A stretch of 64,000 nucleotides of DNA from Candidatus Heimdallarchaeota archaeon (lineage in GTDB: Archaea; Asgardarchaeota; Heimdallarchaeia; Heimdallarchaeales; Kariarchaeaceae), in contig WAKA01000056.1 in assembly GCA_015523565.1 (NCBI GenBank), positions 1,861-65,860 on the forward strand. Reading direction: 5' to 3'. This document shows positions 1 through 8,321 of the stretch, piece after piece. The position numbers and the translations under genes were made by a program. The notes under the pieces are model-generated. The model saw only the letters and a program-made list of their open reading frames with translations. It was not told where the DNA came from and searched no databases. The first letter of the stretch is position 1, and each line of letters begins with the position of its first letter.

Positions 1-294
1 CCCCCAGCAGAAACACATATTGGAGAACCAAAGAAGAAAAAGGTTAGAACCCTTGGGGGAAATTTCAAGATCAAAAACCTAAGAGTAAACAGAATCAATG
101 TCCATGACAAGGAAACAAAAACCACAAAAAATGTGGAAATCAAAGGACTTGAGATAAATCCCGCTTCAAGGGATTATACAAGGAGAAAAATCATCACAAA
201 AGGTGCAATTGTCATTACTGAGTTAGGCAAGGTTAAGGTCACAAGTCGACCAGGGAATGACAGTGTAGTCAATGGGATTCTGATTAAAGAGTAG
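1..294 (+). CDS. rps8e: 30S ribosomal protein eS8, C-terminal part (5' end lies outside the window)
   Basis: Frame 1 is open from nt 1 to TAG at 292-294. The translation ...GGNFKIKNLRVNRINVHDKETKTTKNVEIKGLEINPASRDYTRRKIITKGAIVITELGKVKVTSRPGNDSVVNGILIKE matches the conserved eS8 C-terminus (ASRDYxRRxIITKGAI...VTSRPGxDG). It is absent from the ORF track because there is no start codon in the window. Confidence 0.8.
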   Translation, partial: PPAETHIGEPKKKKVRTLGGNFKIKNLRVNRINVHDKETKTTKNVEIKGLEINPASRDYTRRKIITKGAIVITELGKVKVTSRPGNDSVVNGILIKE

Positions 295-304
295 GAAGGC
301 TACA

Positions 305-706
305 ATGCTCCGACGAAGAAAATATTATGTGATTTATCCAGAATATTTTGATAAAGGAAGGTCACGAAATCAAGGCAGACGAGTTCCACTTTCAAAGGCA
401 TTTGAAAATCCCAGTCTACCCCGCATCGCCAAGGCATGTCAACTTCTAGGTCTTGAATATCGAAAAGAACCAGACAAGGCATTCCCTTCGAATTGGTGGA
501 ATAAACAGGGAAGATTGCTTATTAGGATTGATAAGAAAGATAAAGTCCCAAAAGAGAAATTAATCAAGGAAATTGCAGAAAAAGCCAGAAAACTCGTTCC
601 AAAGAAAAAGAAGACTGTGGGAAAGAAAAAAGAAGTTAAGACGGCAGTAAAGACGACAAGGGCAAAATCCATCTCTGCAAGAAAGAAGAAAAGGGCAAAG
701 AAGTAA
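305..706 (+). CDS. srp19: Signal recognition particle 19 kDa protein (SRP19) with a Lys-rich C-terminal tail
   Basis: YVIYPEYFDKGRSRNQGRRVPLSKAFENPSLPRIAKACQLLGL matches the SRP19 core (IYPxYxxxxxSxxxGRRxPxxxAxxNP). It sits in the conserved archaeal eS8-SRP19 neighbourhood. Confidence 0.9.
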   Translation: MLRRRKYYVIYPEYFDKGRSRNQGRRVPLSKAFENPSLPRIAKACQLLGLEYRKEPDKAFPSNWWNKQGRLLIRIDKKDKVPKEKLIKEIAEKARKLVPKKKKTVGKKKEVKTAVKTTRAKSISARKKKRAKK

Positions 707-707
707 G

Positions 708-1019
708 ATGACAAAACAAAAAAAACTTAGGGTCAGGAAGTTGGGTCAACCGATGCATATTATTGATAATCAAGCAATCATAAAGAACCCAAATTTTATT
801 CCAAAAAGAGGAGCCAAGGTAATTGTCAAGGGGGAAAAGGGACAATTGTTTGTTGGAGTTGCAGAGTTCCCTTTTGGACCTGTCAACAATCCTTATTTTG
901 CGGTTAATCTTGATGAGACACTGGATGGAGACATCAAAAAGAAATTACTTTCAAAAGAGCTTTATGCAGAACGATATGTGCATTTCAATAAAAAGAAAAG
1001 AAGCCATTCTACCCGTTGA
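708..1019 (+). CDS. gar1: H/ACA ribonucleoprotein complex subunit Gar1
   Basis: LFVGVAEFPFGPVNNPYFAVNL matches the Gar1 signature (hGxVxDVFGPVxxPYhxV). The size is about 100 aa and the gene starts 2 nt after the srp19 stop. Confidence 0.75.
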   Translation: MTKQKKLRVRKLGQPMHIIDNQAIIKNPNFIPKRGAKVIVKGEKGQLFVGVAEFPFGPVNNPYFAVNLDETLDGDIKKKLLSKELYAERYVHFNKKKRSHSTR

Positions 1020-1068
1020 AATGAAGTGAAACGGGAATAAATTTAATTTATTCAGATAATTTGCCAAT

Positions 1069-2115
1069 ATGGCAGAAACAATGAAAGCCGCATTAATAGA
1101 GGCACATGGCGATTCATCAAATATTGCAATAAAAGAGGTTCCAATACCAAAAATTGGAGATAATGACGTACTTATTAAAGTTAAATATTGTAGCTTGAAT
1201 AGACTGGACATATTTGTTCGAAAGGGTTCCCCTGCGTTGAAAATACCTTTGCCACATGTGAGCGGGTCTGACTTTGTAGGGGTTATCGAAAAGACGGGAA
1301 ACAATGTCATTAATGTTTCTGTTGGAGATTGGGTGGTTGTTAATGCAGTTTGGTACTGCAATAGATGTGAAAGATGCCTTCAAGGAGAACAAAGCCTATG
1401 TGATGAATTCAAAATGATTGGAGAACATCTATGGGGCGGGTTTGCCCAATTTGCCAAAGTTCCCGCAAGAAATGTCATAAAAATCCCAGACTATGTAGAT
1501 CCAAAAGCTGTTGCGACATTAGGACTGACTACCCTCACAGCTTGGAGAATGCTAAAATCAAAAGCGAAATTGAAACCAGGAGACGTTGTTGTGATCCCAG
1601 GCGCAGGAGGAGGATTGTCAACCTCAGCCATACAGATTTCAAAATTACTTGGGGCAACGGTAATTGCAATTACAAGCACGGAAAGAAAAGAAAAACATGT
1701 GAAATCATTGGGGGCAGATTATGTCATCAACTACAAATCAAATCCAGAATGGGCAAAAGAGGTAAAAAAGATTACAGGAGGGAAGGGAGCAGATATTGTC
1801 TTCGAATCTGTGGGAGAGGCAACTTGGAAACAAAGTCTTCGTTCCTTGAAAAAAGGAGGGAAGCTCGTAACAGCGGGCGCGACTACTGGTTTTAATGGGC
1901 AAACAAACATTGGGGCAATTTTCTGGTTTCAATTGGAAATATTAGGTTCAACAATGGCAAATATGCAAGAGTTCAGGGAGGCAATGAGCTTGATCTTCAC
2001 TGGAAAAATCAAGCCGATAATTGATCGTATTTATCCTTTGGAAAAGTTGGCAGAAGCAGAAGATTATCTAGATGAAGGAAACCATATCGGGAAGATACTC
2101 ATTGAAATTTCATAA
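1069..2115 (+). CDS. Medium-chain (zinc-type) alcohol dehydrogenase / quinone oxidoreductase family protein
   Basis: It has a GroES-like N-domain with structural-zinc cysteines (CNRCERCLQGEQSLC), a Rossmann motif (VIPGAGGGLS), and an MDR-typical length of 348 aa. Confidence 0.85.
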   Translation: MAETMKAALIEAHGDSSNIAIKEVPIPKIGDNDVLIKVKYCSLNRLDIFVRKGSPALKIPLPHVSGSDFVGVIEKTGNNVINVSVGDWVVVNAVWYCNRCERCLQGEQSLCDEFKMIGEHLWGGFAQFAKVPARNVIKIPDYVDPKAVATLGLTTLTAWRMLKSKAKLKPGDVVVIPGAGGGLSTSAIQISKLLGATVIAITSTERKEKHVKSLGADYVINYKSNPEWAKEVKKITGGKGADIVFESVGEATWKQSLRSLKKGGKLVTAGATTGFNGQTNIGAIFWFQLEILGSTMANMQEFREAMSLIFTGKIKPIIDRIYPLEKLAEAEDYLDEGNHIGKILIEIS

Positions 2116-2169
2116 AATTATCTGAAACATTGAAGATAGATATTAAAGGCAGAAAATCAAAACAAAGCT

Positions 2170-2997
2170 GTGTCGGTTCCATTCTTAGTTGGATTGAAAG
2201 CGAAAAAGATTGAGGATGATGCAACCATTGTAGAAATAGAATATTTGGTGCATAAAGACCATATAGGAATTGAATTGTTGGGAACTGGAGCAGGATTATC
2301 GAAAAATCCAGAAGAATCATTGCTCATGGAACCGACAGATGAAACAATTCAAGACATGATATTCTATAGAACGGATTTGCCGATTCGGGATGAAGTCGCA
2401 TTTTTGGGAAGGGCATTCAATTCCCTTGGAGAGTCATTTTATGAGCCAGGAGATTATCATGTAGTCAGAAGAAAACCAAATGGAGCCATTGAGTTGGATG
2501 CGCCAAAAGAATACATTAAATCGATTGAATTTCAACCATATATTCCATTGGATTGGTCGCCAGATATAGATGAATTATCCAAGAAAATGTTAAAAATTAG
2601 AAAAGTGGATAATTTCCCACAGTTTTGTATAGATTTCATAACTTATGTGCACCATTGGATCTATCATCCTCAAGTACTCATTTTGAAATTGGACAATTTA
2701 ATCAAGCTGTTGGTAACAGAATTGAGAAGATTAGACAGTTATTCAGTTGATGAGATCATGCGACCAGTGGCAATCATAAGCTATAAGATATTGGATGAGA
2801 TCAGAACATTTGACAAGACACAGGATGAGTCATTATTGTCAGAACAACTGGAAAAGGGACAATATAGAGCCACACTCAAGAAAAAGCTTGAGGAATTGAA
2901 ACAAAATCCAATCATCAACCCATCTGCTGATGATGCAGGCTTTTCATATGAGGAAGACTCAATTAAAAGGTTAAAAACACTCCTGAAATACCTTTAG
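2170..2997 (+). CDS. Hypothetical protein
   Basis: A 275-aa ORF with a GTG start that fills the gap between flanking genes. I recognise no motif. Confidence 0.5.
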   Translation: MSVPFLVGLKAKKIEDDATIVEIEYLVHKDHIGIELLGTGAGLSKNPEESLLMEPTDETIQDMIFYRTDLPIRDEVAFLGRAFNSLGESFYEPGDYHVVRRKPNGAIELDAPKEYIKSIEFQPYIPLDWSPDIDELSKKMLKIRKVDNFPQFCIDFITYVHHWIYHPQVLILKLDNLIKLLVTELRRLDSYSVDEIMRPVAIISYKILDEIRTFDKTQDESLLSEQLEKGQYRATLKKKLEELKQNPIINPSADDAGFSYEEDSIKRLKTLLKYL

Positions 2998-3653
2998 GAA
3001 TCCATTACTTCCCATGAAAGCAATGTACCGATTGTGGAAAGATCACCCCATTTTTTGCATACCTGACGGGCTTGGGAAACAGAAGGAACTTCTTTCAGGC
3101 TGTAAAGCTGCTGTATTCCTTTTCTGACTACCAAATCATTGACAGCCAATACATCCAATCTACCAAGATTGAATATCAAAAACATGTTGACTGTCCAAGG
3201 TCCAATGCCCTTGATTTGAGTATAATGCTGTCTAATATCTTCAGAGGTAAAGTTGGAGAAGTCAGTGATATGTTTTCCTTCCAAATGAAATTGGGCAATA
3301 TTATAGAGATAATGGCTTTTGCTTTTTGAAATGCCAATCTTTTTGTATTCTGACAAGTGAATTTCTCTAACACGTTCAGGTGTAACAGTACCACATAGCA
3401 ATCTAAAACGGTTGATCAAGAGGTCTGCAACTCGACCATTTAGCTGCTGTGATATAATCCAATAAGTCCAACTTTCAAAATGGGAAAAGTCAATTGGACT
3501 TAATTTGATTTCATATGAATTGAGGAAATCACTCAATTCAGGATTACGCCTTTTGAATTCTTGAAGATGGAATTCTGTGATAATATTTTTCCCAGATTGT
3601 TTTTCATAAAATCTTTCAAGTGAAAACTCTTCCATCCAAAGACATGTCATCAA
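2994..3653 (-). CDS. HhH-GPD superfamily DNA glycosylase (AlkA / 3-methyladenine glycosylase II-like)
   Basis: It carries the helix-hairpin-helix signature IKGIGPWTVNMFLIFNLGRLDVLAVNDLVVRKG (IxGIGxWTAxxxLhF...DhhPxxDhGhxxG). Confidence 0.75.
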   Translation of the reverse strand: MMTCLWMEEFSLERFYEKQSGKNIITEFHLQEFKRRNPELSDFLNSYEIKLSPIDFSHFESWTYWIISQQLNGRVADLLINRFRLLCGTVTPERVREIHLSEYKKIGISKSKSHYLYNIAQFHLEGKHITDFSNFTSEDIRQHYTQIKGIGPWTVNMFLIFNLGRLDVLAVNDLVVRKGIQQLYSLKEVPSVSQARQVCKKWGDLSTIGTLLSWEVMDS

Positions 3654-4570
3654 GTACGAATATAACCTTCTTCATTCATTACACAATTGCCATTTTCATC
3701 GCGGCAGTTGATTCGCTCAATCTGGAATGTTGTATGGTTAAATCCATATTTAGAGGATATGTCTTCAAGCAATTGACGAAATTGATCTACATCCAATTCT
3801 TCATCTATCAAGATATGTGCGGTCAACAAATTTGTTTCATCATCCAATTTCCATGCATGAAAATCATGTATTTCCAATACCCCTGCCATGTCATGAATTT
3901 CAAACAATAATGATGCTGTATCTATGCCTTCAGGAGATGATTCGATGAGAACATTTAGACTTTGTCTTGTCACCTCTATTGCAGATTTCAAAATCAAAAG
4001 TGAAATAAAAACAGACGTTACAATATCAAGCCAATACCATTTGAACAACAAAATTCCAACACCAGTTATGACTGCAGCAACAGACCCTAACAAATCAGCA
4101 AGCACGTGGTGTAAGGCTGCTGAGATATTTACATTTTTTTCACCTCTACTTAAAATAAAGATACCGACTAAATTAACAATTAAACCAACAACTGAAGCAA
4201 TTAGCATGATCCCGCCTTTTATTTCAATTTTATTTAATTCCAGAGTCCGTTTTATGGCCTCCATTAATATATATCCAACAATCAAAAATAAAGTTAGACC
4301 ATTGATAAAAGCAGCAACAATTTCCACTCGTTTATATCCATAGGTATAGTCTACATTTTTTGTTTTTTCACCTATTTTGACAGCAAACAGGGCAAGGGCT
4401 AAAGAAAACACGTCATTTGCCATATGACCTGCATCGGACAAAAGGGCAAGGGAATTTGACATTATACCGACTATTATTTCAACAAGCATAAACCCAAATG
4501 TAAAAGTTAAGACAATAATTAGCTTAAACTTTTTATTATCCGTTACAGTATGTTTGTGGTCATGTCCCAT
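3650..4570 (-). CDS. Cation diffusion facilitator (CDF) family divalent metal efflux transporter
   Basis: There are six predicted TM helices. The CDF metal-site motifs are present (LALLSDAGHMANDVFSL and HHVLADLLGSV), along with a C-terminal cytoplasmic domain. It overlaps the upstream gene by 4 nt. Confidence 0.9.
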   Translation of the reverse strand: MGHDHKHTVTDNKKFKLIIVLTFTFGFMLVEIIVGIMSNSLALLSDAGHMANDVFSLALALFAVKIGEKTKNVDYTYGYKRVEIVAAFINGLTLFLIVGYILMEAIKRTLELNKIEIKGGIMLIASVVGLIVNLVGIFILSRGEKNVNISAALHHVLADLLGSVAAVITGVGILLFKWYWLDIVTSVFISLLILKSAIEVTRQSLNVLIESSPEGIDTASLLFEIHDMAGVLEIHDFHAWKLDDETNLLTAHILIDEELDVDQFRQLLEDISSKYGFNHTTFQIERINCRDENGNCVMNEEGYIRT

Positions 4571-4624
4571 GCAGTTAAATACGAAAGTCTATATTTAAAC
4601 AATTATTTTATGGAAATTATTAAG

Positions 4625-5395
4625 TTATTTAAATAAATTAGTTTTTGAGATTTCCCGTATTTCTGTTGCTGACAATTCTTCAAGATCCTTCCTTGTCAAT
4701 TCCAAAACTTTGGAAGATGTAAATGCATTTAAACTGCCAACAATGGGAATTAAACGATAAATATCAATAGTGGTTTGTGAATCTAAGGGAATCCCCGTTG
4801 CATCCTTTACATAGCCAAAAAGATTTCTGCGTGCCTCTAATTCAAAGATACTGAATTCCAATATGTCATAGGTTTTATCAAGCCATTTTTCTGCATTGAA
4901 ATCAGTTAACCAAACGTGGATTGATTTATTTCCAGTGAATACAAAGCGAAGCTTTTCCTCTAAAACATCATCGATTTGTAGAGCGTGGATAATTGATTCC
5001 TCTAGATTTAAATCGCTTTCCAAAACAGCGATGCCAGAATTGATCATGAATGATGAAAAATCTTTTTCTTTCCCAACCTCCCGAGGATTTAACCATTGGG
5101 TAGAGGAATAAAATATTCTTATTGGAAAAAAACCCTTGCTGATGCCAATTGGGATTAGGTTCTTTAATTTTTCTTGGGTAAAAGTCCGTTTGTTAAAGAG
5201 ATTATGAAGAGAGCGCCAAAGATATTTCTGTGTGTTTGCATCAAAGTAAAATCCCCTGAAAAATCTAAATTTAAATGAAATCATCGGATCTGGAGTAAAA
5301 GAATCAGCATAATAATTACTTATAATTTCCAAGGTTTCAGAATCTATGCATTTTACAGCCTTCTTTACCCAAGGGGATGTGATTTTCATTCGCAT
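4625..5395 (-). CDS. Archaeo-eukaryotic primase (AEP) fold protein, compact PriS-like
   Basis: PriS-like landmarks occur in the correct order: IFYSSTQWLNP (cf. vYySsAxYxxP), VLESDLN (motif I position, reading E-x-D), FTGNKSIHVW (motif II, SGxxGxH) and TTIDIYRLIPIVGSLN (motif III, vTxDxxRLhRhPgSLh). At 256 aa it is shorter than typical PriS. Confidence 0.45.
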   Translation of the reverse strand: MRMKITSPWVKKAVKCIDSETLEIISNYYADSFTPDPMISFKFRFFRGFYFDANTQKYLWRSLHNLFNKRTFTQEKLKNLIPIGISKGFFPIRIFYSSTQWLNPREVGKEKDFSSFMINSGIAVLESDLNLEESIIHALQIDDVLEEKLRFVFTGNKSIHVWLTDFNAEKWLDKTYDILEFSIFELEARRNLFGYVKDATGIPLDSQTTIDIYRLIPIVGSLNAFTSSKVLELTRKDLEELSATEIREISKTNLFK

Positions 5396-5553
5396 TCATA
5401 TTTGGTGATCATCTATTAATTCCTCCTATCCGTGTCACTTAATTAAGGAAATAATGGCAACGAAAAAAGATAATCAGACAACATTAACAAATCATTGTCT
5501 TTCTTCTAAAAATTAAAGGGTAGTATCACAATTCTTTAGAAATAAACAAAACA

Positions 5554-5940
5554 ATGTTGGTTATGACTTACCCTAAAGGGGATTTCAAGAAATTCTTTCT
5601 TCCAGTTTACATAATTTGGGCAGTTGTGAACCCAACTTTGTTGCTATTACCTGAATCCTATTATGGAATTTTGATTTCTTTTTCTGCAGACAAGCTTATA
5701 CGCATTATTTCATTTTACCTGATGTTTGGGCTCATTTGGCCATTATCCATTATTGTTTATCCCGCGTTTCTGTCATCCCCTTCAATTAAAGAAAATCCGT
5801 TTTATGTTGCACTAACCTATTTTGCAATAATTGGACCAATACTGTCATTTATTGGTCAAGCGGCAAGACACAAGAAATATGTAGAAAAAAGATTGAACAA
5901 AAAAATGTCAGTTGAAGACTATCTTTGGGATTTTATATAA
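5554..5940 (+). CDS. Small integral membrane protein (hypothetical)
   Basis: A 128-aa ORF with about 4 hydrophobic helices. There is no recognisable motif. Confidence 0.45.
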   Translation: MLVMTYPKGDFKKFFLPVYIIWAVVNPTLLLLPESYYGILISFSADKLIRIISFYLMFGLIWPLSIIVYPAFLSSPSIKENPFYVALTYFAIIGPILSFIGQAARHKKYVEKRLNKKMSVEDYLWDFI

Positions 5941-6048
5941 ACAACAACCTAAGTTTTTCATTTTTTATGTGTGACAATCCCGAATTGTTTTAATTAATTC
6001 CTTTCGAGGCAAGATTAGTTTAGGTAGACCTATTATATGGTGATGTAA

Positions 6049-8250
6049 ATGGCAAACGATATTAATTTTAGCTTATTGATACTCCCCATCATAGTGTCCT
6101 TAGGGTCTATTGCCTATGCTTTTTTCTTGAAAAAGAAAATTGAGAGCATGGACAGGGGCAATGAGAAGATGGTAAAGGTGTCTGATGCTATCAAAGAAGG
6201 ATCACACGCGTTTATTAGAACCCAGTATCGGACAATCTTCATAATTGGCACATTGTTGGGTATTCTTATCATGGTCTTTCTGGATTTCTTTCCAGATGGC
6301 AAATTTAAGTTTCAATTCCCATTCAATGCATTTGCCTTTCTTGCAGGAACCTTGGCATCATTGCTTTCTGGTAGAACTGCAATGATGATGGCAGCAGAGA
6401 CCAATTCAAGAACGACGCAAGCTGCAAAAAATAGTAGGAATGATGCTTTGAAGACAGCCTATAATGGCGGCATGGTAATGGGATTAATTATTGTTTCTGC
6501 AAGCATCTTGGGCATTTCGATTCTTTATGTCCTTTATGGAAAGGATAACCCAATCTCAGTAATTGCCTTTGGCTTTGGTGCTTCATTCGCGGCATTGTTT
6601 GCTCAGCTTGGGGGAGGCATTTATACTAAAGCGGCAGATGTTGGGGCAGATTTGGTTGGGAAATTAGAAGCAGGAATTCCTGAAGACGACATCAGAAACC
6701 CAGGTGTTATCGCGGACAATGTGGGTGACGCAGTAGGAGATTGTGCAGGAAGAGGGGCAGACCTATTTGAATCCGTCACAGGAGAAACCATTGGTGGAAT
6801 GATTGTAGGATACACTTTTTTTGTTGCCATGACTGCTTCAAACAATCCAGAAGCCGCTAAATTTGCATCTGCATTCATTCTGTTCCCATTGATCACAAAT
6901 TCAATTACAATTCTTGGAACACTTGCAACCACATTTCTTGTCAAGTTGAATGATGACGAAAAGGACAACCCAATGGACTCAATGAAAATGGCATTCTATG
7001 TTACAGTATTAATCAATTTCGTTATCATTGTTGCAATTCTTGTCCTGTTGTTTGGGCAGATTTGGCAGTTTATTGTATCTGCCGCAATAGGGTTGATTCT
7101 TGCTCTTATTACCTTGGTCGCGACTGAATATTATACATCAGACAAAAAAAGACCAGTTTTGTCAATTGCAGAAGCATCAACAACAGGACCAGCTACAAAC
7201 ATCATTGCAGGTCTCTCCGTGGGAATGGAGTCAACTTGGGCACCAGTGCTAGGAATAGTGGTTGCATTGATTAGTACATTCACATTAGGTGCCAATTTCG
7301 CCCAAAATTCAAGTCATCCCATTGTACAAGCAATGTTGGATTATTACGGCAATAATTCAGCATTGGTAACAACATTGTTTGGAATTTTCGGCATAACTGT
7401 AGGGACAATGGCAATGCTTTCCGTAACCCCTATTGTTTTGGCACTTGATGGATATGGTCCAATTGCGGATCAAGCAGGCGGAATAGCAGAAATGGGAGAA
7501 GCAGGAGAGGAAATCCGTGAAAGAATTGATTCCCTTGATGCTGTGGGGAACACAACAAAAGCTCTTGCAAAAGGTTATGGGATGACATCTGCTGGACTTG
7601 CGGCATTGTTACTTTTCCAAGCTTATCTTGAAGATTTTGCAAATAAAACAGAAGGCGCATTGAAGAGCATTCCTTCAGTTAATCTTGCAACACCAGGGGT
7701 ATTGGCTGGTTTGTTTATTGGAGCCATGCTCCCATTCCTTTTCTCATCAATGTCCATGGGAGCTGTAGGAAGGGCGGCAAACAAAATGGTTACAGAAATC
7801 AGAAGGCAATTCAAAGAAATTCCAGGAATTATGGAATATGAAAATGATCCAGACTATGCCTCATGCATTGATGTTTCCACAAGGGCAGCATTAGCTGAAA
7901 TGAGAAATCCTGCCTTGCTTGTCGTATTTTTGACAATCATTGTAGGATTTGCCTTTGGTCCAATACCTTTGGCAGGTTACCTTGTTGGAGCAACCGCATC
8001 TGGCATTATGCTAGGATTAACTTTAAATAATGGAGGAGGAGCTTGGGACAATGCGAAGAAGGCTATTGAGGCTGGACTTCATGGAGGCAAGGGAAGTGAA
8101 GCACACCATGCCGCTGTTGTTGGAGATACAGTCGGTGACCCTTCAAAAGACACATCAGGTCCTGCAATTCATGTCCTCATCAAATTGATCAATACAATTG
8201 CTCTTACACTGTTACCATTGTTCATCATAGTTGATGGATTGTTCCTTTGA
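6049..8250 (+). CDS. hppA: Membrane-bound proton-translocating inorganic pyrophosphatase (K+-independent type signature)
   Basis: Diagnostic motifs are GGGIYTKAADVGADLVGK, DNVGDAVGDCAGRGADLFES and DTVGDPSKDTSGP. It has about 16 TM helices over 733 aa. Confidence 0.95.
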   Translation: MANDINFSLLILPIIVSLGSIAYAFFLKKKIESMDRGNEKMVKVSDAIKEGSHAFIRTQYRTIFIIGTLLGILIMVFLDFFPDGKFKFQFPFNAFAFLAGTLASLLSGRTAMMMAAETNSRTTQAAKNSRNDALKTAYNGGMVMGLIIVSASILGISILYVLYGKDNPISVIAFGFGASFAALFAQLGGGIYTKAADVGADLVGKLEAGIPEDDIRNPGVIADNVGDAVGDCAGRGADLFESVTGETIGGMIVGYTFFVAMTASNNPEAAKFASAFILFPLITNSITILGTLATTFLVKLNDDEKDNPMDSMKMAFYVTVLINFVIIVAILVLLFGQIWQFIVSAAIGLILALITLVATEYYTSDKKRPVLSIAEASTTGPATNIIAGLSVGMESTWAPVLGIVVALISTFTLGANFAQNSSHPIVQAMLDYYGNNSALVTTLFGIFGITVGTMAMLSVTPIVLALDGYGPIADQAGGIAEMGEAGEEIRERIDSLDAVGNTTKALAKGYGMTSAGLAALLLFQAYLEDFANKTEGALKSIPSVNLATPGVLAGLFIGAMLPFLFSSMSMGAVGRAANKMVTEIRRQFKEIPGIMEYENDPDYASCIDVSTRAALAEMRNPALLVVFLTIIVGFAFGPIPLAGYLVGATASGIMLGLTLNNGGGAWDNAKKAIEAGLHGGKGSEAHHAAVVGDTVGDPSKDTSGPAIHVLIKLINTIALTLLPLFIIVDGLFL

Positions 8251-8283
8251 ACCAAATACCAATTTCAAAAAGTTAACAACTAA

Positions 8284-8306
8284 TTTTTTCATTATCTCAA
8301 TTTTTT
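8284..8306 (+). terminator. Oligo-T tracts in the convergent hppA/elp3 intergenic region (putative archaeal terminator)
   Basis: Two T6 runs (8284-8289 and 8301-8306) lie 34-56 nt after the hppA stop. Archaeal RNA polymerase terminates at oligo-T tracts. Confidence 0.3.
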
Positions 8307-8321
8307 ATTATCTCATTCCAT

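Noticed and set aside
1431-1895. A 154-aa Arg/Cys-rich plus-strand ORF overlapping the dehydrogenase gene in another frame
   Set aside because: It is an alternative frame of a well-supported MDR dehydrogenase. Its composition (RRRR runs) is an out-of-frame artefact.
6621-6968. Minus-strand ORFs inside hppA (6114-6302, 6621-6968, 7430-7660 and 7623-7814)
   Set aside because: The plus-strand product is an unmistakable H+-PPase, so the antisense frames are shadow ORFs.
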